A stretch of DNA of 33,485 nucleotides, taken from contig BDTI01000175.1 in NCBI GenBank assembly GCA_002923215.1, positions 1 to 33,485 on the forward strand, given 5' to 3'. The stretch is from an archaeon BMS3Abin16. GTDB taxonomy: Archaea; Hydrothermarchaeota; Hydrothermarchaeia; Hydrothermarchaeales; SZUA-236. The notes under the pieces were generated by a model. The model saw only the letters and a program-made list of their open reading frames with translations. It searched no databases and had not been told where the DNA came from. This document shows positions 25,968 through 33,485 of the stretch, piece after piece (the stretch's first letter is position 1; each line of letters opens with the position of its first letter). The position numbers were made by a program, and so were the translations under genes.

Positions 25968-27025
25968 TTTTTCAGCGCAGCCCGTCTAAGAAGGAATGCT
26001 GAAACCGATAGTCCCGCTCCAATTGTCGCCCGTCCAACAAGTTCGGCGATAGTAATCGTTTGAAGGCTGTAGCTGCTTACAGCGCCCACGATGAACCAGA
26101 GTGAAAGGAGGAATATTGCAAGTGTCAGATATTTGCCAAGCCCGCGGCCCTCAATTATAGCGTCAATGCTTCTGCCGGCAAGCGCGAGAAGCCCTGCCGC
26201 TGTAAGCGGGTCTTTAGCATAAGACATGAAAAATGGGAGGGCGTTTATAATGGAGCTGAAGACCTGGTCCTGCGTCGCCTGATACCCTCTGAGAATACCT
26301 ACAACAGCGACAAAAGCGGCGATGATATAGGTGAAAAAACTTGCTTTATCAGTAACCAAACTTTCACGAAGCGAAGTGACGTTACGTTCAAGCGACCCCT
26401 CAAGGTTAAATCCCTTGATAATGAGTAGCAAACCCAAAACACCGGCTATCACACGCCACACATTGTCCGGAAAGATCATGTAGAGCAGAAAAGCGATTCC
26501 CGGCACACCTAAAACAAGCCTGGCAATCTTTGGATCAGATGTTACATCTTTCAGAAAATCCAGGAGAAGATAATATGTGCTTTCCAGAGGTTCGCTCTGC
26601 TTTACAATCACCCGCTGAAGAGACACAACCTTTGCCCGCGACTCAACAATGGGCAGCACATGTTCATCCTCCGCACCGTCTGAAACAATCACAACCCCTT
26701 CTGCAGGGAAAATCTTGAGAACCTCTTCAAGCTGGTTTGAAACAATAATATCAGACTCCACGCCCACACGCTCGCTACCGGTAAGCGCGGCAACCTCCAC
26801 TTCTTTAAACCTGTTTTTCAATTCCTCAGAAATCTTAATGCCTGCAAACAAAACATTTGTGTCAGACTCAGTGGGATCAGCAAGCCCCAGGCGTGTTGCA
26901 GCATCAAGGATTTTCTCCCGACCCACAACCGGACCAATGACGCCGACCTTCGCCTCCAAATCCCCATCTCGGTCAATACAGATAACAAGTATCTTTTGAG
27001 AAGACGGTAGATCAGAGCCGATCAT
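25964..27025 (-). CDS. DUF373-family archaeal membrane protein
   Basis: 353 aa. The N-terminal soluble domain reads ILVICIDRDGDLEAKVGVIGPVVGREKILDAATRLGLADPTESDTNVLFAG. Six to seven TM helices follow. The family name is from memory. Its TGA overlaps the MTAP ATG as ATGA. Confidence 0.7.
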   Translation of the reverse strand: MIGSDLPSSQKILVICIDRDGDLEAKVGVIGPVVGREKILDAATRLGLADPTESDTNVLFAGIKISEELKNRFKEVEVAALTGSERVGVESDIIVSNQLEEVLKIFPAEGVVIVSDGAEDEHVLPIVESRAKVVSLQRVIVKQSEPLESTYYLLLDFLKDVTSDPKIARLVLGVPGIAFLLYMIFPDNVWRVIAGVLGLLLIIKGFNLEGSLERNVTSLRESLVTDKASFFTYIIAAFVAVVGILRGYQATQDQVFSSIINALPFFMSYAKDPLTAAGLLALAGRSIDAIIEGRGLGKYLTLAIFLLSLWFIVGAVSSYSLQTITIAELVGRATIGAGLSVSAFLLRRAALKK

Positions 27026-27042
27026 CTAACCCCCCCAGCCAT

Positions 27043-27855
27043 TCATAACTGACCAAACCGTTGAAGCAAAAAGAGATCATCAGTGGAAAGCTTCTCACCA
27101 TTCTTGAACCGCTCATAAACAAGTTTAGCCTCCTTCTTCAACTCTTCAGTCGACTTCTCCCGTCTCTTCTTCTCCTCACTCTCAAGGGTGCTGCTCACCT
27201 CTTTAACAAGGGCGTTTTTAGACTTTAAAACTTCTTTGACCTCGTCTAGCTTGGTTGTGACACCGTCTTTTTCCTTGTTCACATCATCGATCTTTACTTC
27301 AATCGCGCGGATTTCTTTTATGTTTTCAAGAAAATCTTCATGATGCTTCTGCGAATCCTGAGAATATCCAAGTATCTTTGAATGAATCTTTTTCGACTTC
27401 AGCTTTTTAGAGTCGATTTCGTTTGAGAGATGGATTAAATCCTTAAAATCCCGTAGATCAGCCTTTAGCTCTTCAATGCGCTTTACAAGCTCATCCTCTT
27501 TTTCAACCTTTAAAACACGGGTTTGAAGCGTCCACTCAAGCCGTTTAAGCTCCATCTCCATGCGCTTGAAATCCTTATTAGGCGCACCCTGACGAAGATC
27601 TTTATACGTTGCAAAAAGATCTTTAATCGCCGAGTTAATAGTTGTGCGCTCTTTTTTCAACTCCTGAATCTTTGAATTAAACTTATCCCTCTTGGCCTTG
27701 GCATCTTCAGCCTTTCTATTATGATTTTTAATAATCTCGATAAGATCCTTTTTCTTAGAGTTAAGTCCGCTAAGCTCCCTGCGCAGGATTGCGACCTCTC
27801 GCTTCAACTCATCCCGTTCCTTCAACTTTATCTTCAGCTCATCTGTCTTTTTCAC
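27043..27855 (-). CDS. Archaeal coiled-coil protein (COG1340-like), hypothetical
   Basis: 270 aa, almost entirely Lys/Glu/Leu-rich heptad sequence. It starts 2 nt after the glyA stop. Confidence 0.75.
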   Translation of the reverse strand: MKKTDELKIKLKERDELKREVAILRRELSGLNSKKKDLIEIIKNHNRKAEDAKAKRDKFNSKIQELKKERTTINSAIKDLFATYKDLRQGAPNKDFKRMEMELKRLEWTLQTRVLKVEKEDELVKRIEELKADLRDFKDLIHLSNEIDSKKLKSKKIHSKILGYSQDSQKHHEDFLENIKEIRAIEVKIDDVNKEKDGVTTKLDEVKEVLKSKNALVKEVSSTLESEEKKRREKSTEELKKEAKLVYERFKNGEKLSTDDLFLLQRFGQL

Positions 27856-27857
27856 GT

Positions 27858-29138
27858 TCAGTCACCAAATTCAATGTATTCATAGGCCTTCTGACCCTTA
27901 GTAAAAGAGAAATTTAAGGTAGTAAAATCGCGCCTGAAATCAATCACTTCCTGCTTAACGCTCTTGTCATCTATGACCACATTCTTTATAAATTCTGCTA
28001 TCACTTCCATCTCACCTTCGCACATGCCGAGCCGTGTAAGCTCCTGCGTGCCGATTCTGATTCCTGACGGATCAACAGACTTGTCCAGCCTGTCCCATGA
28101 AAGCAGGTTCTTGTTAATGATGATATTGTTTTCTTCAAGGGCCTTTGCAACCCTGGTGCCCTTACCATGGTGTGTCACGTCTACAAGCACCTGATGAGAT
28201 TCTGTAAAACCCTTGTGTTCGCAGAGCACCTCAAAGCCTCTCTCATATAAAGCTTCTGCCAATGCTTTAGCATTCGCAATGGTCTGCGCCGCATAATCCT
28301 CGCCGAACTCAAGCATCTCGGCAAGGGCTACTGCAAGACCCGCGAGGTGATGGAGGTGATGGTTTGAAACAACACCTGGAAACACCGCGTTATCAATCTT
28401 TTCTTTGAGTCTATCTGAATCTGTAAATAAAATTCCGCCCTGAGGCCCTGGAAAAGTCTTGTGCCGGCTGCTAGCCATAATATCCGCGCCTTCTTTGAGC
28501 GGCTTTTGAAACTGTCCGCCAGCGATTAATCCGAGCACGTGGGCTGCGTCATAGCCGATACTTGCGCCCACTTCATCGGCAGCCGCGCGAAGCTCACTCA
28601 CTGGATGAGGGAATAGGAACACGCTTCCGCCGAAATATAGAAACTTAGGTTTTTCGACAAGTATGGCTTTCTGTGTTGCATCCACGTCAATATTCATCTC
28701 ACGAGGGTCGAAGATAAAGTTCTTCACCTTAAGATCCATCACACCTGCAGCCGATATCCGGGAGTGACTGATATGCCCGCCATCAGGCACATGCAGGCTC
28801 ATCATAGTATCACCGCTTCGGCCGAGCGCCGTGTAGGCAGCGAGATTTGCCACAACACCTGAAGTAGCCTGCACGTTCACGTGTTTTGCGTTGAAAAGCT
28901 GCCTGCCAAGCTTCTTTGTGAGCTTTTCAATCTCATCAATATAAGTGCACCCCTGATAATACCGCTCGCCCGGCTGCCCCTCAGCATACCGGTGGGAAAG
29001 ATCGGTTGCCATCATCTCCCTCACAGCGTGGCTTGTAACATTTTCAGAGGCGATCAGGGGCAGACACTCATCCATCCACTGGTGATGGGCTTTAACGATC
29101 GTGCGAATATTTTCTGCTACCTCAGCGTTCTTGCTCAT
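27858..29138 (-). CDS. glyA: Serine hydroxymethyltransferase
   Basis: 426 aa. [18 protein letters not shown] and the PLP-lysine region [13 protein letters not shown] are present. Confidence 0.95.
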   Translation of the reverse strand: MSKNAEVAENIRTIVKAHHQWMDECLPLIASENVTSHAVREMMATDLSHRYAEGQPGERYYQGCTYIDEIEKLTKKLGRQLFNAKHVNVQATSGVVANLAAYTALGRSGDTMMSLHVPDGGHISHSRISAAGVMDLKVKNFIFDPREMNIDVDATQKAILVEKPKFLYFGGSVFLFPHPVSELRAAADEVGASIGYDAAHVLGLIAGGQFQKPLKEGADIMASSRHKTFPGPQGGILFTDSDRLKEKIDNAVFPGVVSNHHLHHLAGLAVALAEMLEFGEDYAAQTIANAKALAEALYERGFEVLCEHKGFTESHQVLVDVTHHGKGTRVAKALEENNIIINKNLLSWDRLDKSVDPSGIRIGTQELTRLGMCEGEMEVIAEFIKNVVIDDKSVKQEVIDFRRDFTTLNFSFTKGQKAYEYIEFGD

Positions 29139-29144
29139 ACTGTA

Positions 29145-29759
29145 TCAACTCGATTTAATTTCATTTTTTATCTGCTCTGCCGCGCCACGGGGATCTGGGC
29201 TGTTGCAGATTGCGCGCCCGATGATTTCGAAATCCGCGCCTGCAGATATGGCAGATCCAACCTCTGCGCCCTGGGCTTTCACGCCAGGAGATATGACTAT
29301 CAGGTCTCCTATGATACTCCTAAGGGTTTTTATGGTTTGCGGTCGCGTGGCAGGTGCGACAATTCCCTCGGCAAACCCTGCGGCGTGAGACGCGATTTCA
29401 CGGTTATGCCCTGAGATATAGTCGAGGGCGCCGGGATGGCTCATGTCAGAGACCACGAATAGGCTGGCTTCTTTGCTGCATGCCTCGACAACATCACGCC
29501 CCATTACTCCCTGGACGATTACGAAGTCTGCGCCTGCCTCTGTTGCGAGCCTGCATATCTCTGCGCTTACATGGGGCACGTCGGCAACCTTGAAATCCGC
29601 GATAATCGGCAGGTTGAATTGCTTGAGTTCAGTTATCACATCCAGTCCCGCTGACAGCACCAGCGGATAGCCAACTTTGATTGCGTCAATATATTCAGCG
29701 GTTTGCCCTACTACTTCAACCGCCCGCTTTGTTCCATTCACGTCAAGCGCCAGAATCAC
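29145..29759 (-). CDS. pyrF: Orotidine 5'-phosphate decarboxylase
   Basis: 204 aa with a GTG start. ILALDV, IKVGYPL, IADFKVADVPH (DxKxxD) and VISPGVKAQG align closely with the archaeal PyrF I know. The reading frame is open a further 16 codons upstream, with no canonical start there. Confidence 0.9.
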   Translation of the reverse strand: MILALDVNGTKRAVEVVGQTAEYIDAIKVGYPLVLSAGLDVITELKQFNLPIIADFKVADVPHVSAEICRLATEAGADFVIVQGVMGRDVVEACSKEASLFVVSDMSHPGALDYISGHNREIASHAAGFAEGIVAPATRPQTIKTLRSIIGDLIVISPGVKAQGAEVGSAISAGADFEIIGRAICNSPDPRGAAEQIKNEIKSS

Positions 29760-29918
29760 GCCGGCCCTTCTCAGCTTTAACAGGTCTTTTCCATCTATAG
29801 TAACAGCTCCCTAAACCGCAATAAACCCTGGTATATAATAAGTTTTTCGCAGGGCCCGGTGTAGAGAATTGTGTGAGAGATTATTTATAATGACGCGGAT
29901 TTATACATAAGAAGGAGC

Positions 29919-30251
29919 ATGAAAATCTTTAATTTACATGGGCTGGCTGAAGAGTCTGAAGGCGAATATGTGCTGGGTCTTAAAGACCTCAGTACCCATG
30001 CGGTGTACATTGTATATGGTTTTTTAGAGCCAGGCGAAACTGGTAGAAAGGTGCTTCCGGGAAAGGGGCATGAAGAGATACTCTGCGCGGTGAAAGGCGA
30101 GGTCAGGGTTAAAACACCGGGTGAAACTTTCACGCTCAAATCCGGTGAAGCCGTGCATGTGAAAGAAGAAGATGAATGGACACTGGAAAACACAGGCGAT
30201 GAAACCGTTTTTTACATACTAGCAGGCGGACACCCGCCGAAAAAACACTAA
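29919..30251 (+). CDS. Cupin-domain protein
   Basis: 110 aa. GKGHEEILCAVKGEVRV....FTLKSGEAVHV.....TLENTGDETVFYI is a cupin_2 two-motif pattern. A GGAG Shine-Dalgarno sequence sits just upstream of the ATG. Confidence 0.75.
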   Translation: MKIFNLHGLAEESEGEYVLGLKDLSTHAVYIVYGFLEPGETGRKVLPGKGHEEILCAVKGEVRVKTPGETFTLKSGEAVHVKEEDEWTLENTGDETVFYILAGGHPPKKH

Positions 30252-30259
30252 TAATATCA

Positions 30260-30325
30260 TTATTCTTTCACCCGCTCTTTCAGTTTCGTAATCCTGTCGA
30301 GCACAAAGCTGGCATTATGGTAGAT
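30260..30325 (-). pseudogene. Relic of a UvrB C-terminal (UVR-domain) coding end; no start codon, about 22 codons
   Basis: The minus strand reads ...YHNASFVLDRITKLKERVKE-TAA (stop at 30262-30260). The live uvrB end reads ...FERAIALRDRVVKLKERIGE-TAA (stop at 31775-31773). Aligned by hand from the stop codons, 36 of 54 nt are identical, including a perfect 12-mer (CTCTTTCAGTTT), in the same frame. Confidence 0.5.
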
Positions 30326-30341
30326 ATTAAATAGTCTAAAG

Positions 30342-30349
30342 TTTAATAT
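30342..30349 (+). promoter_or_regulatory. TATA-like element (TTTAATAT) for the three-gene cassette
   Basis: Centred about 26 nt upstream of the ATG at 30371, consistent with a leaderless first gene. Confidence 0.3.
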
Positions 30350-30370
30350 TGGCGAAAAAGAGTGAAACTT

Positions 30371-30673
30371 ATGGCAACGATGGATTGTTCATTGAAATGT
30401 TCTCTAACAGAGGGGAAATCTGCCATTAAAAGAGCACTTACTGAACTCAGCTGGCAGGTAGAGGAAGAATCTGCAGATTGGATAAAAGCATCAACACAAG
30501 GCACGATATGGTCATGTGGGGAAAATATAGAGATTTACATTTCTTCTCAGGTTAGTCAAATCAATGTTTCAATCAACTCCGTCCCAAAATGGCAGTTCCT
30601 TGATTGGGGAAAGAGCGAAGAAAATGTCAAACTATTATATGATACAATATTAGAGATGGCGTTGGATGGGTGA
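30371..30673 (+). CDS. Small soluble protein (100 aa), family not recognised; first gene of the cassette
   Basis: ATG at 30371 (the ORF track uses a GTG at 30362). Translation is MATMDCSLKCSLTEGKSAIKRALTELSWQVEEESADWIKASTQGTIWSCGENIEIYISSQVSQINVSINSVPKWQFLDWGKSEENVKLLYDTILEMALDG. It alternates helix and strand patterns and has no TM segment. Confidence 0.65.
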   Translation: MATMDCSLKCSLTEGKSAIKRALTELSWQVEEESADWIKASTQGTIWSCGENIEIYISSQVSQINVSINSVPKWQFLDWGKSEENVKLLYDTILEMALDG

Positions 30674-30679
30674 AATTGC

Positions 30680-31030
30680 ATGAAGTTATATGTCGCTTGT
30701 AAGTATTGCAGGAAAAAAATCTACTTCAATAGTCCTGCGAAAATAAGAGCAGAATTGCCCTATCTGTTCAATCTACAGTGCCAACAACCTAACTGCCACC
30801 CCCATGTAGGGCATCAGATTTATGGTCGAGGCGAGATCTATAATAGATCAGAGGTAAAGGCTGAATTGGGGATAAGTGGTTTAGTGGGAGGTGCTCTTGT
30901 TACTGGCATTCTTGGAGGACTGGTTGCAGGGCCAATTGGATTACTACTTGGTGGTGCTCTAGGTGGGGGTGTTGGTTCGGCTTCTGACCAGACAGACAGA
31001 GAAGCGGTAGAGAGGTTCAATGCATCATGA
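30680..31030 (+). CDS. Zinc-ribbon protein with a C-terminal glycine-zipper membrane segment (hypothetical)
   Basis: 116 aa. CKYC...CQQPNC is a CxxC-x23-Cx4C ribbon. GISGLVGGALVTGILGGLVAGPIGLLLGGALGGGVG is a long GxxxG-repeat glycine zipper. GGTGA lies 6 nt upstream of the ATG. Confidence 0.7.
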   Translation: MKLYVACKYCRKKIYFNSPAKIRAELPYLFNLQCQQPNCHPHVGHQIYGRGEIYNRSEVKAELGISGLVGGALVTGILGGLVAGPIGLLLGGALGGGVGSASDQTDREAVERFNAS

Positions 31031-31719
31031 TAGAATGGGTGGGATACCTCCGAACTTCTATTAATTTATACTACATAATCCCAGGTGTTTTTGCGTTAGT
31101 AGTTTTTTGGGTACAATTTAGCGAGAGAAACACCAAGATCATGCCCCTTTTTCTTCAGATAAGCGGAATTTTTTCGTTTATCTTATCAATAGAATATTCT
31201 GCTATCATACTATTACTCGATCGGCCTTTGCCGGCACCATTAAGTACATTCGACAAAGGTCTTGCTGGAGTAGCGTTGATTATTATTTTATTAATCGGAT
31301 TCCACTATTCCACTGAAGGTACAAAACTTGGCAACTGGCTATCGAATATATTAGACAACCACATCTCATGGCGTGTCCCTGTTCCCGTCCCAGTTTCTCT
31401 TTTAGATGAACAATTGGAAAAATTAAGGGAGGTAAGAGAGGCCATTAATACAGGTGAGGAGAGCCAGTTGGAGCCAGCATGTCAGACTGTTCTTGAAAGT
31501 TGTGCAGGCGTCTCGATTTTATTGCAAGAAGTCACACATAGGCGTGGCGAAGAGATAAAACTATCAATTGAAAAGTGTAAACATGAGTTCCAAGAACTAA
31601 GCTCATTCCCTTCCCTCCAGCAAAGACGAAAATCATCTAACTCACTTTCAGACTTAATAGGTGTATTGAATGCAACAACGAGAATACTCGATACACCAGA
31701 TATGACAAAACCGAATTAA
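31027..31719 (+). CDS. Membrane protein with three N-terminal TM helices and a C-terminal helical soluble domain of about 120 aa (hypothetical)
   Basis: 230 aa. The helices are YYIIPGVFALVVFWVQF, MPLFLQISGIFSFILSIEYSAIILLL and GLAGVALIIILLIGFHY. A VPVPVPV linker and a charged helical region follow. Its ATG overlaps the TGA of the previous gene as ATGA at 31027-31030. Confidence 0.7.
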   Translation: MIEWVGYLRTSINLYYIIPGVFALVVFWVQFSERNTKIMPLFLQISGIFSFILSIEYSAIILLLDRPLPAPLSTFDKGLAGVALIIILLIGFHYSTEGTKLGNWLSNILDNHISWRVPVPVPVSLLDEQLEKLREVREAINTGEESQLEPACQTVLESCAGVSILLQEVTHRRGEEIKLSIEKCKHEFQELSSFPSLQQRRKSSNSLSDLIGVLNATTRILDTPDMTKPN

Positions 31720-31772
31720 TCAGACTCAAATTATACTCTTTAATTGATTTATCAGCTCATAGAAAGTAAAAA

Positions 31773-33485
31773 TTATTCTCCAATCCTCTCTTTCAGTTTT
31801 ACTACCCTGTCGCGCAGTGCAATCGCTCTTTCGAAGTCCAGTTTGTCCGCTGCCTCGCGCATCTCAGCTTCAAGCACTGTTATCATCTCTGGAACCGCCG
31901 TCTTCGGAATGTGTTTCGTGTCTGTTAAGTCAACCTCTTTTTCACGCACCGGCTTGACAATCGTTTCAGGCACTATACCGTGTTTTTTATTGTAGTTTAG
32001 CTGAAGCTTGCGCCTGCGCTCAGTCTCAGAAAGCGCGGCGCAGATCGAATCCGTAATCCGGTCAGCATATAGCACCACCCTGCTGTTCACGTTCCGAGCG
32101 GCACGACCGATGATCTGAATCAAGCTCCGGGCGTCCCGTAGAAATCCCTCTTTATCAGCGTCGAGTATGCCGATAAAACCCACCTCCGGTATATCAAGTC
32201 CCTCCCTGAGCAGGTTTATCCCTACGAGGACATCGAATCTGCCCAGCCTTAGCTGTCTGATGATCTCGGTGCGCTCTAGAGTATCGACTTCTGAGTGAAG
32301 ATACCGCGCCTTAATCTGTTGGTCTGCCAGATACTCGGTTAGCTCCTCGGCAAGCCTCTTGGTAAGCGTTGTCACAAGCACACGATCCCCGCGGCTGATA
32401 GTGGATCGGATCTCAGCCAAGAGATCCGCTATCTGCCCCTCGATGGGCCGCACTTCGACGACTGGGTCAATGAGCCCTGTGGGCCTGATTATCTGCTCAA
32501 CAATCTGCGACGACATATCCCGCTCGTAGCGCGCTGGCGTTGCCGAGACAAAAATAGCCTGTTTCATATACTTTTCAAACTCCTCAAAGCGCAGAGGCCT
32601 GTTGTCAAAAGCAGAGGGCAGCCTGAAGCCGTAGTCCACGAGCGCTTTTTTGCGCGAGTAGTCGCCGTTGTACATGCCGTGAACCTGGGGAATCGTCTGA
32701 TGGCTTTCATCGATAAACATGAGAAAGTCCTCCGGGAAATAGTCGAGCAGACAATAAGGCGGCTCACCCTGTTTTCGCCCGTCAAAATGACGGCTGTAGT
32801 TTTCAATACCCTTACAGTAACCGGTTTCCTCGATCATCTCAATGTCATATAGCGTGCGCTGCCTCAGCCGATGCGCCTCAAGTAGGTCCAGCTCGGGCAG
32901 CCGCTTCTCAAGCTCGGCTCTGATGGAATCAATCGCCTTTTGTTTCTCATCGTCAGCGATTACAAAGTGCCGCGCTGGATAGACAAAATAATATTTGAAC
33001 TCCTCAACCAGCTCGCCCGTGACCTTATCAATCTCCCGGATCCGCTCCACAGTGTCGCCGAACAACTCAACCCTGATTATGTTATTATAATATCCCGGCA
33101 CGATGTCGATTGTCCCGCCTTTCACACGGAACCGGCCAGGCGCAAGGTCGAGGTCATTTCGCTCATACTGCACGTCCACAAGCCGTCTGAGCAGGTCGTT
33201 TCGCTTGACACGCTCGCCGACTTGTAGCTCGAATCCGAGGCGCTGGAAGTTCTCAGGATTACCCAGGCCGTAGATGCATGAGACCGAGGCTACAACAATC
33301 GTGTCGCGCCTGCTCATGAGCGACGCTGTAGCGCTTAGCCTGAGCATCTCGATCTTCGGGTTCACAGCCGCGTCTTTTTCAATATATTGGTCTTTCTGCG
33401 GCAGATAGGATTCAGGCTGATAATAATCATAATAGGAGACGAAATACTCCACCCGGTTGTCTGGGAAAAACTCAGTGAACTCGTT
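31773..33485 (-). CDS. uvrB: Excinuclease ABC subunit B (5' end lies beyond the window)
   Basis: The frame is open to the window edge (NEFTEFFPDNRVEYFVSYYDYYQPE...). The DESH box appears as FIDESHQT. Helicase motifs TLTKRLAEELT, GINLLREGLDIPEV and QIIGRAARN are present. The C-terminal UVR domain reads DKLDFERAIALRDRVVKLKERIGE. Confidence 0.95.
   Translation of the reverse strand, partial: NEFTEFFPDNRVEYFVSYYDYYQPESYLPQKDQYIEKDAAVNPKIEMLRLSATASLMSRRDTIVVASVSCIYGLGNPENFQRLGFELQVGERVKRNDLLRRLVDVQYERNDLDLAPGRFRVKGGTIDIVPGYYNNIIRVELFGDTVERIREIDKVTGELVEEFKYYFVYPARHFVIADDEKQKAIDSIRAELEKRLPELDLLEAHRLRQRTLYDIEMIEETGYCKGIENYSRHFDGRKQGEPPYCLLDYFPEDFLMFIDESHQTIPQVHGMYNGDYSRKKALVDYGFRLPSAFDNRPLRFEEFEKYMKQAIFVSATPARYERDMSSQIVEQIIRPTGLIDPVVEVRPIEGQIADLLAEIRSTISRGDRVLVTTLTKRLAEELTEYLADQQIKARYLHSEVDTLERTEIIRQLRLGRFDVLVGINLLREGLDIPEVGFIGILDADKEGFLRDARSLIQIIGRAARNVNSRVVLYADRITDSICAALSETERRRKLQLNYNKKHGIVPETIVKPVREKEVDLTDTKHIPKTAVPEMITVLEAEMREAADKLDFERAIALRDRVVKLKERIGE

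Noticed and set aside
30260-31775. Calling the bracketed cassette an active integrative mobile element
   Set aside because: No integrase, transposase, terminal inverted repeats or exact direct repeats are visible. Only a decayed duplicated gene terminus supports past insertion. It is therefore reported as an insertion scar, not as a mobile_element feature.
1-33485. Scan for CRISPR repeats, tandem repeats, rRNA or tRNA genes and IS elements
   Set aside because: Reading the intergenic regions and the ORF set by eye turned up none. A tRNAscan, Infernal and repeat-finder run would be needed for certainty.

Overview
Gene-dense chromosomal window (about 45 genes) from a euryarchaeon, most likely a Methanosarcinales-like methanogen or methanotroph. 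Supporting markers are CdhD and CooC of the acetyl-CoA decarbonylase/synthase system, archaeal-type AlaRS, 4-phosphopantoate--beta-alanine ligase, KEOPS Cgi121, class III signal peptides, and TATA boxes centred about 26 nt upstream of apparently leaderless ATGs. Most of the content is housekeeping: larB, queC, alaS, hemA-hemB, aroA-aroC, a UbiA prenyltransferase, cooC-rhomboid-cdhD, a long pyrF-glyA-...-MTAP-cgi121 operon, and partial uvrB. I found no rRNA, tRNA, CRISPR array, transposase or integrase. Two loci are the best candidates for undescribed biology. (1) At 30260-31775, an AT-rich three-gene cassette encodes a small soluble protein, a zinc-ribbon/glycine-zipper protein and a polytopic membrane protein. 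It sits between the functional uvrB 3' end and a decayed second copy of that terminus, which looks like an insertion scar. (2) At 4907-6917, a translationally coupled four-gene operon with its own promoter encodes a 73-aa peptide that is almost entirely signal peptide plus a PEP-CTERM-like tail. It is followed by a miniature exosortase/archaeosortase-like membrane protein, a coiled-coil/TM protein and a class III signal peptide (pilin-like) protein. Smaller observations are a C/D box sRNA candidate, a rhomboid protease inside a cdh gene cluster, a membrane-protein gene with no canonical start, and a GNAT pseudogene. All family calls come from reading motifs in the translations by eye; no searches were run.
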